A stretch of 55,493 nt of DNA from Paludibacteraceae bacterium (GTDB lineage Bacteria > Bacteroidota > Bacteroidia > Bacteroidales > Paludibacteraceae). The translations under genes and the position numbers were made by a program. The stretch covers positions 1 through 55,493 of the forward strand of contig JAFWAK010000091.1 in the NCBI GenBank assembly GCA_017507715.1. The letters are read 5' to 3'. The notes under the pieces were generated by a model. It was not told where the DNA came from. It saw nothing but the letters and a program-made list of their open reading frames with translations, and ran no database searches. Positions 18,478 through 26,529 of this stretch are shown here, piece after piece (position 1 is the stretch's first letter; the number at the start of each line of letters is the position of its first letter).

Positions 18478-19410
18478 ATGCGTTTACTGAGTGTCCTGCT
18501 GATAATCATCGTTAACTACAACGTCGAGAATTTGTTTCATCCGGCACATGACAGTGTGGCGGGAGAGGCAAAAGACGATATCGAATGGACACCGGAAGGT
18601 GAGCGTCATTGGAGTTACACGCGGTATTACCGGAAGGTGGAGAATATCGCGCGTGCGCTGACGAATATAGGAGAGTGGGATGGAGTAGATGTAGTGGGAT
18701 TGCAGGAAGTGGAGAACGCACTGTGTATCAGGCGATTATGCTATACTTTACGGCGAGGAGAATATGATTTTGTGCATTATGAGAGTCCGGACCGACGAGG
18801 AATAGATGTAGCATTCGTATATAAGAAGGCACGGATAGATACCATACGGACGAGGGCGATAGGAGTGAAGCCTACCCCTAACCCCTCCCTAAAAGGAGGG
18901 GAACAAGAATTAATTACTCGTGATATTCTTTATGTCTGTGCGCAGGTAGAGAAGCGGGATACGATGCATTTCTTTGTTTGTCATCTGCCGAGTCAACGAG
19001 GCGGAAAGGCAGAGAGTGAATGGAAGAGAACAGCGGCAAAAAGAGTGCTGCAAGAAGCGGTAGACAGTGTGTTGGCGGTTTGTCCGGAAGCAAAGATTGT
19101 GGTGATGGGAGATATGAATAGCGAGCCGAAAGATGATATCAGGGGTTTGAGAAATCGGATGAAGGGTGACGGGTTACCGGTTACCGGTTACGGGACGCAT
19201 AAATATCAAGGACAATGGACATGTCTGGATCAGTTCTATACGTCGCCGAATCTGGACAGTATCTCAAGCGTGCGGATTTATGAAGCGGAGTGGATTATGG
19301 AAGAGGATGAGAAATACATGGGTTTGAGGCCCAAACGGACTTATAACGGATATCATTACCAAAACGGGTATTCGGACCATCTTCCAATAATATTGGAAAT
19401 TAAAAATTAA
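18478..19410 (+). CDS. Endonuclease/exonuclease/phosphatase (EEP) family protein
   Basis: NVENLF near the N-terminus, GLQEVEN, GDMNSEP and YSDHLPI near the C-terminus. Confidence 0.85.
   Translation: MRLLSVLLIIIVNYNVENLFHPAHDSVAGEAKDDIEWTPEGERHWSYTRYYRKVENIARALTNIGEWDGVDVVGLQEVENALCIRRLCYTLRRGEYDFVHYESPDRRGIDVAFVYKKARIDTIRTRAIGVKPTPNPSLKGGEQELITRDILYVCAQVEKRDTMHFFVCHLPSQRGGKAESEWKRTAAKRVLQEAVDSVLAVCPEAKIVVMGDMNSEPKDDIRGLRNRMKGDGLPVTGYGTHKYQGQWTCLDQFYTSPNLDSISSVRIYEAEWIMEEDEKYMGLRPKRTYNGYHYQNGYSDHLPIILEIKN
18871..18901 (+). repeat. C-rich heptamer-like run ending in the perfect hairpin CCCCTCC-ctaaaa-GGAGGGG, in frame in the EEP gene
   Basis: cctacccctaaCCCCTCCctaaaaGGAGGGG, translated as PTPNPSLKGGE. 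Confidence 0.8.
19164..19198 (+). repeat. Heptamer array GGGTGAC GGGTTAC CGGTTAC CGGTTAC GGGACGC inside the EEP gene
   Basis: Read directly. It is translated as GDGLPVTGYGT. Confidence 0.9.
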
Positions 19411-19425
19411 TAATTAAAAATTATA
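19398..19425 (+). repeat. Heptamer array AATTAAA AATTAAT AATTAAA AATTATA spanning the EEP stop and the spacer
   Basis: It covers the last codons (..IKN*) and the complete spacer up to ATG 19427. Confidence 0.9.
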
Positions 19426-19426
19426 G

Positions 19427-20662
19427 ATGCCGGAGATTGTATTGCATTACATATGGGAGAAATGCCTATGGGCAGGATTTGAGCAGAAGACCACGGACGG
19501 TCGGGTTGTAGAGATTCTGTCGGTAGGAGAACATAATCGGGATGCAGGACCGGATTACAGTCATGCACGCGTGCGTATTGACGGAAAAGAATGGGTAGGC
19601 AATATAGAGATTCATGTATGCTCGAGTGACTGGACCAAACACAAGCATCATCTGGACAAAGCTTACGATAATGTTATCTTGCACGTAGTACGCACGGCAG
19701 ACAAGCCTGTTTGGAATGCGAAAGGCGAGTTAGTGCCGCAATGTGAACTGAATTATCCTACGGATAAAGACTATTTGAGTGCACTCTTTGCATCGGCGCA
19801 ACAGATGGATAGTGCCGTTGGACGGATTGGCTGTGCAGAGCAGTTATTACATGAGCCGGGACTACTGACAGAAGGTTGGAGAAAGGCCTTATTATATAAA
19901 CGTCTGGAGTGCAAGCGGGCATCTATTGAACGGCTGTTGGAGATCACAAAGGGCAGTTGGGAACACGCGTTGTATATCTCATTGGCGCGTAATTTCGGAT
20001 TTCACACGAACAGTCTTCCGTTTGAGCAGTTGGCCATCAACACGCCGCTTTCGTATCTGCAGAAACACCGGAACAGCCTGTTTCAGTTGACAGCGATGTT
20101 AATGGGACAGGCAGGGTTGTTAGAGGGGTTATCGGTTACGGGTGACGGGTTACGGGACTTGCAGAAGGAATATGCGTTTATGCAGGCGAAGTTCGGTTTG
20201 ACGCCGATGGATGGAAGTATGTGGAAGCGCAGTAAAATCCATCCGCAGAACAGTCCGGAATTGAGGATAAGACAGTTTGCGCAGTTGCTGTATCAGTCGG
20301 AAAGCCTGCTGAGTAAGATATTGGATACAGACGATCTGAAGGAGTTAGAAGCACTTTTTGCAGTGGATAAGATGGGGAAGAGTAGTATCGATATTCTGTT
20401 GATTAATACCGTTTTGCCGTATAAATACGCGTACGCAAGGCATAGGAATGCGACGTTTGATGTGTATTCGTTAATGGCGAAGATTCCGGCAGAGAATAAC
20501 ACGATTATCCGGCAATGGCGGGTGTTAGGACAGGAAGTAAAAAATGCAGCAGATACCCAAGCTCTACTGCATTTATACCAGAACTACTGCCAGCACCACG
20601 AGTGTATTAACTGTGAGGTGGGTTATAAGATATTCCAAGACCGGCAGTTGAAGTTGTTCTAA
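19427..20662 (+). CDS. DUF2851 family protein
   Basis: N-terminus MPEIVLHYIWEK...NRDAGPDY..A.V.IDG..WVGNIEIH...SDW..H.H, as recalled for DUF2851. Confidence 0.8.
   Translation: MPEIVLHYIWEKCLWAGFEQKTTDGRVVEILSVGEHNRDAGPDYSHARVRIDGKEWVGNIEIHVCSSDWTKHKHHLDKAYDNVILHVVRTADKPVWNAKGELVPQCELNYPTDKDYLSALFASAQQMDSAVGRIGCAEQLLHEPGLLTEGWRKALLYKRLECKRASIERLLEITKGSWEHALYISLARNFGFHTNSLPFEQLAINTPLSYLQKHRNSLFQLTAMLMGQAGLLEGLSVTGDGLRDLQKEYAFMQAKFGLTPMDGSMWKRSKIHPQNSPELRIRQFAQLLYQSESLLSKILDTDDLKELEALFAVDKMGKSSIDILLINTVLPYKYAYARHRNATFDVYSLMAKIPAENNTIIRQWRVLGQEVKNAADTQALLHLYQNYCQHHECINCEVGYKIFQDRQLKLF
20126..20160 (+). repeat. Heptamer array GGGTTAT CGGTTAC GGGTGAC GGGTTAC GGGACTT inside the DUF2851 gene
   Basis: Read directly. 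It is translated as GLSVTGDGLRDL and shares GGGTGACGGGTTAC with the array at 19164. Confidence 0.9.
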
Positions 20663-20991
20663 ACAAATAGTGTTTTTCGTACTTGTGCGATGGTAAAGCC
20701 GCGGAGGGTTTTGTATTTTTGTCCGCCAACGGTTATAGCTTCATGCCATTTTTTTCGCCATTCTTCGTGTTTAATAGGGTCTGCCAATTCTGCATCGGCT
20801 ATTTTAGTAGCTCTTGTATGCACGTCGCAAGATTCTAATTGGTTTTCGGTTACCGAACCCGGATCACGATGAAGCGGGCAATGTGAGATAATCGTTTCGC
20901 CATAACGGTTGGTAAGATAGAACCGATGGCCATTAGGCGGCAGCATTCCTGTATATGCTTTAAACTTCTCGTCGAGTTTAACTCTTCCCAT
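20659..20991 (-). CDS. Hypothetical protein (110 aa, no family recognised)
   Basis: Intact ORF with its own promoter (-7 box at 21140-21147) and a ~150-nt leader. Its TAG stop overlaps the TAA stop of the convergent DUF2851 gene. Confidence 0.5.
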   Translation of the reverse strand: MGRVKLDEKFKAYTGMLPPNGHRFYLTNRYGETIISHCPLHRDPGSVTENQLESCDVHTRATKIADAELADPIKHEEWRKKWHEAITVGGQKYKTLRGFTIAQVRKTLFV

Positions 20992-21139
20992 AATTTATGT
21001 TGATTAGGTTGTTGATGTCTTGCTTTTGCGTAGGACTCGCATAGGACTTACCTCCCAGTCGATTCCGTCTCGTTAGCGTCTCGAATCCGTGTTTTTGATA
21101 TATATCATGGATAAACGGGGATATTTGGAGATCCGAGTG

Positions 21140-21170
21140 CAAAGGTAAGGAAATTTTTTGAGATATGCAA
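21140..21170 (-). promoter_or_regulatory. Bacteroidota-type promoter for the 110-aa hypothetical gene
   Basis: Minus strand reads cTTGCATATCTCAAAAAATTTCCTTACCTTTGCAC. Confidence 0.45.
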
Positions 21171-21494
21171 GAAAAAGGGGATTTTTTCGCAAAATTGTTA
21201 TTATGCGCAGAAGACGAAGATGGATGCTGCACATGAATACGCGGAGCACAAACGCTATCCTTAAATAATCAAACAAGAGACAGCATGCCGGATATAATTC
21301 GGCGTAAAAAAAACGTAAAGAACACTATATAATACAAGAGCAGTATAAAAACTGCTACACTCCGCATGGGCTACACCCGCAATTATCGAAGTCCGGGCGG
21401 GCGAATATTCGAAGAATAGAGACGGACGAGAATAACCGTCCGAACGCAAAGAGAGGACACGAGGCCTAAACCGCCATATGGCCGAGTTAAAAAG

Positions 21495-21974
21495 TTACAC
21501 CAGCGCCTGAATGAGGGCGTAGGTCATGAGGCCGCAGCAGATGAGTTTGAGGACGGTGCCGGCTAAGATACCTATGAAACTTCCCCAACCTGCGCGGAGG
21601 GCTTCGTTGAATTGCTTACCGCTTATCATCTCGCCGAGAATAGCTCCTACTAACGGACCAAGGATAACACCTACGGCTCCAAAGAAAAGGCCTACAAACA
21701 CACCGATGGTACTTCCCCACACGCCGTATTTCGTGCCGCCGTATTTCTTTGTTCCCCAAGCCGGGACTACATAATCGAGTACGGAGACTACTACAGTTAC
21801 AATACCCCAAATCAAGAGCATCTGCCACGAGAAATCTATTTTATCCGTAGCTTGTGCTATCCAAAGACCTACATAAGCCACCGGCACACCCGGCAGACCA
21901 GGAATGATACAACCTACTATGCCGATTACCATGCACAGGAAGGCCAATATAAGAAGAAAAATTTCCATAATCAA
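21495..21974 (-). CDS. DUF456 family membrane protein
   Basis: Four-TM small protein with IIPGLPG near the N-terminus. It overlaps the nadA stop. Confidence 0.75.
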   Translation of the reverse strand: MIMEIFLLILAFLCMVIGIVGCIIPGLPGVPVAYVGLWIAQATDKIDFSWQMLLIWGIVTVVVSVLDYVVPAWGTKKYGGTKYGVWGSTIGVFVGLFFGAVGVILGPLVGAILGEMISGKQFNEALRAGWGSFIGILAGTVLKLICCGLMTYALIQALV

Positions 21975-22915
21975 CTCATCTTAAGCATCCACTCTATACT
22001 CGTAACAGCTTTAGCAGCTATTTTTTTATCAACAATCATCTCGGGTGATTCGTTGAGGAGGCAGTTATACACTTTCTCAAGCGTATTCATGCGCATGTAT
22101 TCACACTCATTACAACTGCATCCTACGCCTTCTGTCATCTCCGGCGGTACAGGAATAAACTCCTTATCCGGACACGCACGCTGCATCTCAAAGAGAATAC
22201 CGCTTTCCGTGGCTATTATAAAGCGTTTGGCAGGCGATTTAATGGTATGCTCGAGCAGGGCCTTGGTCGAACCAATTACATCGCTTACAGCGAGAATAGG
22301 TGCCTTACACTCCGGATGAGCAAGCACTTCTACACCCGGGTTCTCCGCTTTGAGTTTTAATAACGCTTCCAAAGAGAAACGGCTGTGCACATGGCACGCA
22401 CCATTCCACAACAGCATATTACGTCCCGTAACGGAATTGATATACGAACCGAGGTTATAATCCGGACCGAAGATAATCTTAGCGTCTGCAGGCAACTGAT
22501 CCACAATCTTCTTGGCATTAGAGGAAGTAACCACTACATCCGTAAGCGCTTTCACATCGGCAGAAGTATTTACATAACTTACCACCATATGATCAGGGTG
22601 TTGCGCTTTAAAAGCCGCCAAGTCTGCAGCCTTGCAACTATCGGCTAACGAACAGCCAGCATTCATATCCGGAATGAGCACTTTCTTATCCGGACAGAGA
22701 ATCTTCATCGTTTCGCCCATGAAGTGCACTCCACACATTACTAATATATCCGCTTGTACGCGTGTAGCCTGTTGCGCCAAGGCTAAAGAATCTCCGATGA
22801 AATCGGCAATTTCTTGTATCTCCGGTCGCGTATAATAATGCGCAAAAATTACCGCATTCTTTTCCCGGGCTAAGGATTTAATTTTATATATATATTCTTT
22901 CTTTTTTAAATCCAT
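21971..22915 (-). CDS. nadA: Quinolinate synthase NadA
   Basis: 314 aa. It has three Cys ligands in the expected contexts and full-length NadA-like sequence (FMGETMKIL, VVSYVNTSA, ATESGI). Confidence 0.92.
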   Translation of the reverse strand: MDLKKKEYIYKIKSLAREKNAVIFAHYYTRPEIQEIADFIGDSLALAQQATRVQADILVMCGVHFMGETMKILCPDKKVLIPDMNAGCSLADSCKAADLAAFKAQHPDHMVVSYVNTSADVKALTDVVVTSSNAKKIVDQLPADAKIIFGPDYNLGSYINSVTGRNMLLWNGACHVHSRFSLEALLKLKAENPGVEVLAHPECKAPILAVSDVIGSTKALLEHTIKSPAKRFIIATESGILFEMQRACPDKEFIPVPPEMTEGVGCSCNECEYMRMNTLEKVYNCLLNESPEMIVDKKIAAKAVTSIEWMLKMS

Positions 22916-23075
22916 GATACTAATAATGTGTTGATAATGTTGAAAAATCCGCTAATTTGCTTTTATATAGCGCATTACACATTCATTTTTCCAAATTCCG
23001 ATTGTGAATTGTTTTGAAACTTGCAATGTGGAACGTGTTGTATACTGTGAAACAATGGCGTTGTAAACAATTTGT

Positions 23076-24038
23076 TTATAACCACTTCTTGAGCCTGAAA
23101 ATAAGGAGGATGACGACAACCGACATCACCATCAGACCGAGTGCAAACAAGTAACCCAAGCGCCAATGAAGTTCCGGCATAAAATCAAAGTTCATACCAT
23201 ACAAACTACCTATCAATGTAGGCGGTAGGAAGATGATGTTGATGACCGTGAAGATCTTAATGATGCGGTTCTGCTCGATGTTTACCAAACCGAGGAAGGT
23301 ATCCTGGAGGTAGTCCAGACGGTCAAAACCAAAGCGGGTATAATCGAAAAGCGAGTTGATATCCTTGATAATCATCGTCAAGCGCGGGTAGAGTTCTTCG
23401 GGGAAGAAATCGCACTTGAGGAAGTTGGAAATAACGCGCTGTTTATCCATGATATTTTGACGGATGATGGTCACTTTTTCCTGCAAGTCCTTGATCTGTA
23501 CGAGCAAGTCTTCATCTACGTGATCACTCTCGGCGTTAATCTGTTGGGAGAGTGCGGTAATCATATCCGTTGTATCCTCGATCATATCGGCATCCTTCTC
23601 TACTCGGGTCTCCATAAGCGCCACGAGCACATGGAATCCCGTCGGGAAATTACGGGTGTTCACGAAGAGCTTCTTGAAGGTCTCGTTGAAAGTGTCCAAC
23701 TCGTTATCACGGATGGATACAAGAATAGAATTCTTGAGAATGAAGTTAACAGGCTCCATCTCAAAGTTATTCTTGAGGAAGTTACTATTGGCTACAATCG
23801 AGTCATCGGTCTGGATATACCGGCTGGAGAACTCGATTTCCTCCATTTCTTCATCTTCCTGAATATCGATTTTGAGAAAGCCCTCCAGTGTATCCTCTGT
23901 CTTATCCGACACGTCGAGGAGATCGATCCAGATGATATCCTTCTTATCGAGTTCCTTGAGTGCGGAGATAGAGCGTGCTACTTTGATTTTCTCCTTATCT
24001 TTGTAGAATATCTTAATTTCCGACATGGTTGTTAGCAA
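23076..24038 (-). CDS. corA: Magnesium/cobalt transporter CorA
   Basis: YGMNF signature followed by two C-terminal TM helices. The alternative start is ATG 24026. Confidence 0.88.
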   Translation of the reverse strand: MLTTMSEIKIFYKDKEKIKVARSISALKELDKKDIIWIDLLDVSDKTEDTLEGFLKIDIQEDEEMEEIEFSSRYIQTDDSIVANSNFLKNNFEMEPVNFILKNSILVSIRDNELDTFNETFKKLFVNTRNFPTGFHVLVALMETRVEKDADMIEDTTDMITALSQQINAESDHVDEDLLVQIKDLQEKVTIIRQNIMDKQRVISNFLKCDFFPEELYPRLTMIIKDINSLFDYTRFGFDRLDYLQDTFLGLVNIEQNRIIKIFTVINIIFLPPTLIGSLYGMNFDFMPELHWRLGYLFALGLMVMSVVVILLIFRLKKWL

Positions 24039-24789
24039 TTAAAGTGGTTAATTCAATAAATTGTTCTACACTCAGCTGTTCGGGGCGCATTGTGAATATC
24101 CTCTCTTCGAGGATGGGATTACCCTTTCCTACCAGCTGTTGAAGAGAATTGCGCATCTGTTTTCGCCGCTGGTTAAAGGCGGTTTTAACGACGGTTTTGA
24201 ACAGGTATTCGTCGCAGTCCAACCGTCGTCGTTTATTGCGGGTCATGCGAATGACGGCGGATTTGACTTTTGGCGGCGGGTTGAATACATGTTCGTCCAC
24301 CGTGAATAGATATTCTATATCGTAATATGCTTGTAATAGTACAGAGAGAATACCGTACGCTTTCTTGCCGGGTTTGGAAGCGAGTCGTTCGGCCACTTCT
24401 TTCTGTATCATTCCCGAGCAAATGGGAATACGGTCTTTATAATCCAGCACTTTGAAGAAAATCTGGCTGGATATATTATAGGGATAATTACCGATGATGT
24501 TGAATTCGCCTTCGGGTATCAATTTATCCAGATCGAGTTTCAGAAAATCCCCTTCCACTAAATCCAACTCCGGGTACCACTCACGCAGATAAGCGACCGA
24601 CTCACGGTCGATCTCGATGGCGGTTAAATTGATCTGTGGATTTTTGAGAAGGTATTGCGTAAGCACACCCATACCCGGTCCGATTTCAATGGTTCGGCCC
24701 GAGGTGATGGTCTGAGCAATTCTTTGGGCGACTGTCAAGTCCGTCAAGAAGTGCTGCCCCAAAAATTTTTTGGCACGTACTTGCTGCAT
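24013..24789 (-). CDS. rsmA: 16S rRNA (adenine1518/1519-N6)-dimethyltransferase RsmA/KsgA
   Basis: FLGQHFL and the SAM motif EIGPGMGVLT. Confidence 0.92.
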   Translation of the reverse strand: MQQVRAKKFLGQHFLTDLTVAQRIAQTITSGRTIEIGPGMGVLTQYLLKNPQINLTAIEIDRESVAYLREWYPELDLVEGDFLKLDLDKLIPEGEFNIIGNYPYNISSQIFFKVLDYKDRIPICSGMIQKEVAERLASKPGKKAYGILSVLLQAYYDIEYLFTVDEHVFNPPPKVKSAVIRMTRNKRRRLDCDEYLFKTVVKTAFNQRRKQMRNSLQQLVGKGNPILEERIFTMRPEQLSVEQFIELTTLIANNHVGN

Positions 24790-24855
24790 TTTCCGCGTGA
24801 TAATCGTCCATAAATAGTAAATTTTTTAACAAAAATTTGCACAATTCAATTTTTT

Positions 24856-24895
24856 GTTGTACCTTTGTGCGCAAATCCGGCTGCAAAAGTACAAC
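24856..24895. promoter_or_regulatory. Near-palindrome holding two face-to-face -7 boxes (rsmA and gtrA promoters)
   Basis: GTTGTACCTTTGTGCgcaaatccggCTGCAAAAGTACAAC. Plus TAccTTTG is at 24860-67 and minus TActTTTG at 24884-91. Confidence 0.5.
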
Positions 24896-24906
24896 TTTTT
24901 TTTGGA

Positions 24907-25401
24907 ATGAGCAAATTTATTACGAAAATAATTGATTTTTTCTATCATCCGTTCGAAAAATGGATGTCAAAACAGTTATTTCGTTATGCAGCATGCGGTG
25001 GCGGGAATATGTTGCTGGACTGGGTGCTCTATTTCCTTATCTACAATTTCGTCATCGGTCACGATCTGGTATATTTCCAGTTATCTGCCTTCCACTATCA
25101 GTTGTGCCTCACGCCGCATATAGCAACGCTGTGCATCGTATTCCCTATCACGTTGCTGACAGGTTTTTGGTTGCAGAAATATGTGACATTCACGGCTTCG
25201 GAACTCAACAGCTGGCGTCAGTTAGGGCGATATATCGTGATTGTGGCGGTAAACTTAGCGATCAACTATTTCGGTCTCAAACTATGCGTAGAGACCTTTG
25301 GTTGGTATCCGACGCCGAGTAAGATGGTTATAACCATCGTGACTGTTATTATCAGTTATTTAGGTCAGAAATATTATACATTTAGAGTCAATAACGCTTA
25401 A
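24907..25401 (+). CDS. GtrA-family membrane protein
   Basis: 164 aa, four TM segments. F.RY...G..N...DW..Y is typical of GtrA-like proteins. Start trimmed to ATG 24907. Confidence 0.75.
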   Translation: MSKFITKIIDFFYHPFEKWMSKQLFRYAACGGGNMLLDWVLYFLIYNFVIGHDLVYFQLSAFHYQLCLTPHIATLCIVFPITLLTGFWLQKYVTFTASELNSWRQLGRYIVIVAVNLAINYFGLKLCVETFGWYPTPSKMVITIVTVIISYLGQKYYTFRVNNA

Positions 25402-25413
25402 ATTTTTAATCCT

Positions 25414-26502
25414 ATGTTGTACACACTATGTTCTCATCTTCACACCGAGGTATCTGACATGCCGTTCAAGGTATCGGACTCGTTTATTGAAGAAAATCAA
25501 GTAGTAGCCGTTCTGTCCGGTGGTACGGAAGCATTATTCCTGGATCTTCTCAAAGAGAAGAAGTTGGATCTGAAGCGTCCTATTTATTTACTGGTCAGCG
25601 AATATAGCAACTCGTTGCCTGCAGCGCTTGAGATTCTCAGTTTCATCCGTCAGCGTAAAGGAATGGCGAAAATCATGCAGCATCCGCAGGATATTATCTT
25701 CCCGGATCCGGCTGATACGGACTCGCTGACGCGTACACCGCTTGAGAAAGTGCTGAAGAATGACAAGAAGATGCGTCTGGGCGTAGTGGGTAAGTCGTCA
25801 GACTGGCTTATTGCTTCGCAAGTGGATTATAAAGACGTGCTGGCCAAGACCAACTGCGAACTGGTAGATATTCCATTCGAGGAGATCTCGAGTCTGGGTG
25901 AAGTAGACCCGGGTATGAAAGGCGCTGAGGCTATCTATATCCGCCTCAAAGTGCTGATTGATAAATATAAACTGGATGGTGTAACGCTGCGTTGCTTCGA
26001 CCTGTTCACCACTTGCAAGAATACCGGCTGTATCGCTATCAGCAAACTGAATGACGAAGGTATTCCGGCCGGTTGTGAAGGCGATATACCGGTATTGCTT
26101 ACTTTGATGGCTTGTAAGAAACTGACAGGTCAACCCGGTTGGATGGCTAACCCCGCACGTATCGCGCCGGATGGTCAGATCCTCTTGGCGAAATGTACTA
26201 TCGCGCTCTCAATGACCGAGAAGCATGAGTACACCATCCATTTCGAGTCCGGCATCGGTGTGGCTATTCACGGTGAAGTAGAGCCGGGTGAATATACACT
26301 GGTTAAACTGAGCAATGATCTGAAGCGTCTGTTGGCCGTCAATGTACAGGTAACACGCTGCCAGTACGAGCAGAATATGTGCCGTACGCAGATATGGATC
26401 CAGTCTACGCCTATCGTAGCGCAGTATCTGCTTACCTCTCCGCTCTCTAACCACCATATCCTGATCAAGGGTCACCATGCCGCTAAGTTCTGGCGTCCCT
26501 AA
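25414..26502 (+). CDS. L-fucose/L-arabinose isomerase-related protein (FucI C-terminal-domain-like), paralogue 1
   Basis: The family call is from memory (COG2407-like) and only moderately certain. It is clearly paralogous to the next gene. Confidence 0.6.
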   Translation: MLYTLCSHLHTEVSDMPFKVSDSFIEENQVVAVLSGGTEALFLDLLKEKKLDLKRPIYLLVSEYSNSLPAALEILSFIRQRKGMAKIMQHPQDIIFPDPADTDSLTRTPLEKVLKNDKKMRLGVVGKSSDWLIASQVDYKDVLAKTNCELVDIPFEEISSLGEVDPGMKGAEAIYIRLKVLIDKYKLDGVTLRCFDLFTTCKNTGCIAISKLNDEGIPAGCEGDIPVLLTLMACKKLTGQPGWMANPARIAPDGQILLAKCTIALSMTEKHEYTIHFESGIGVAIHGEVEPGEYTLVKLSNDLKRLLAVNVQVTRCQYEQNMCRTQIWIQSTPIVAQYLLTSPLSNHHILIKGHHAAKFWRP

Positions 26503-26529
26503 ATGATAAATCAAAAACCGGAATCATAC

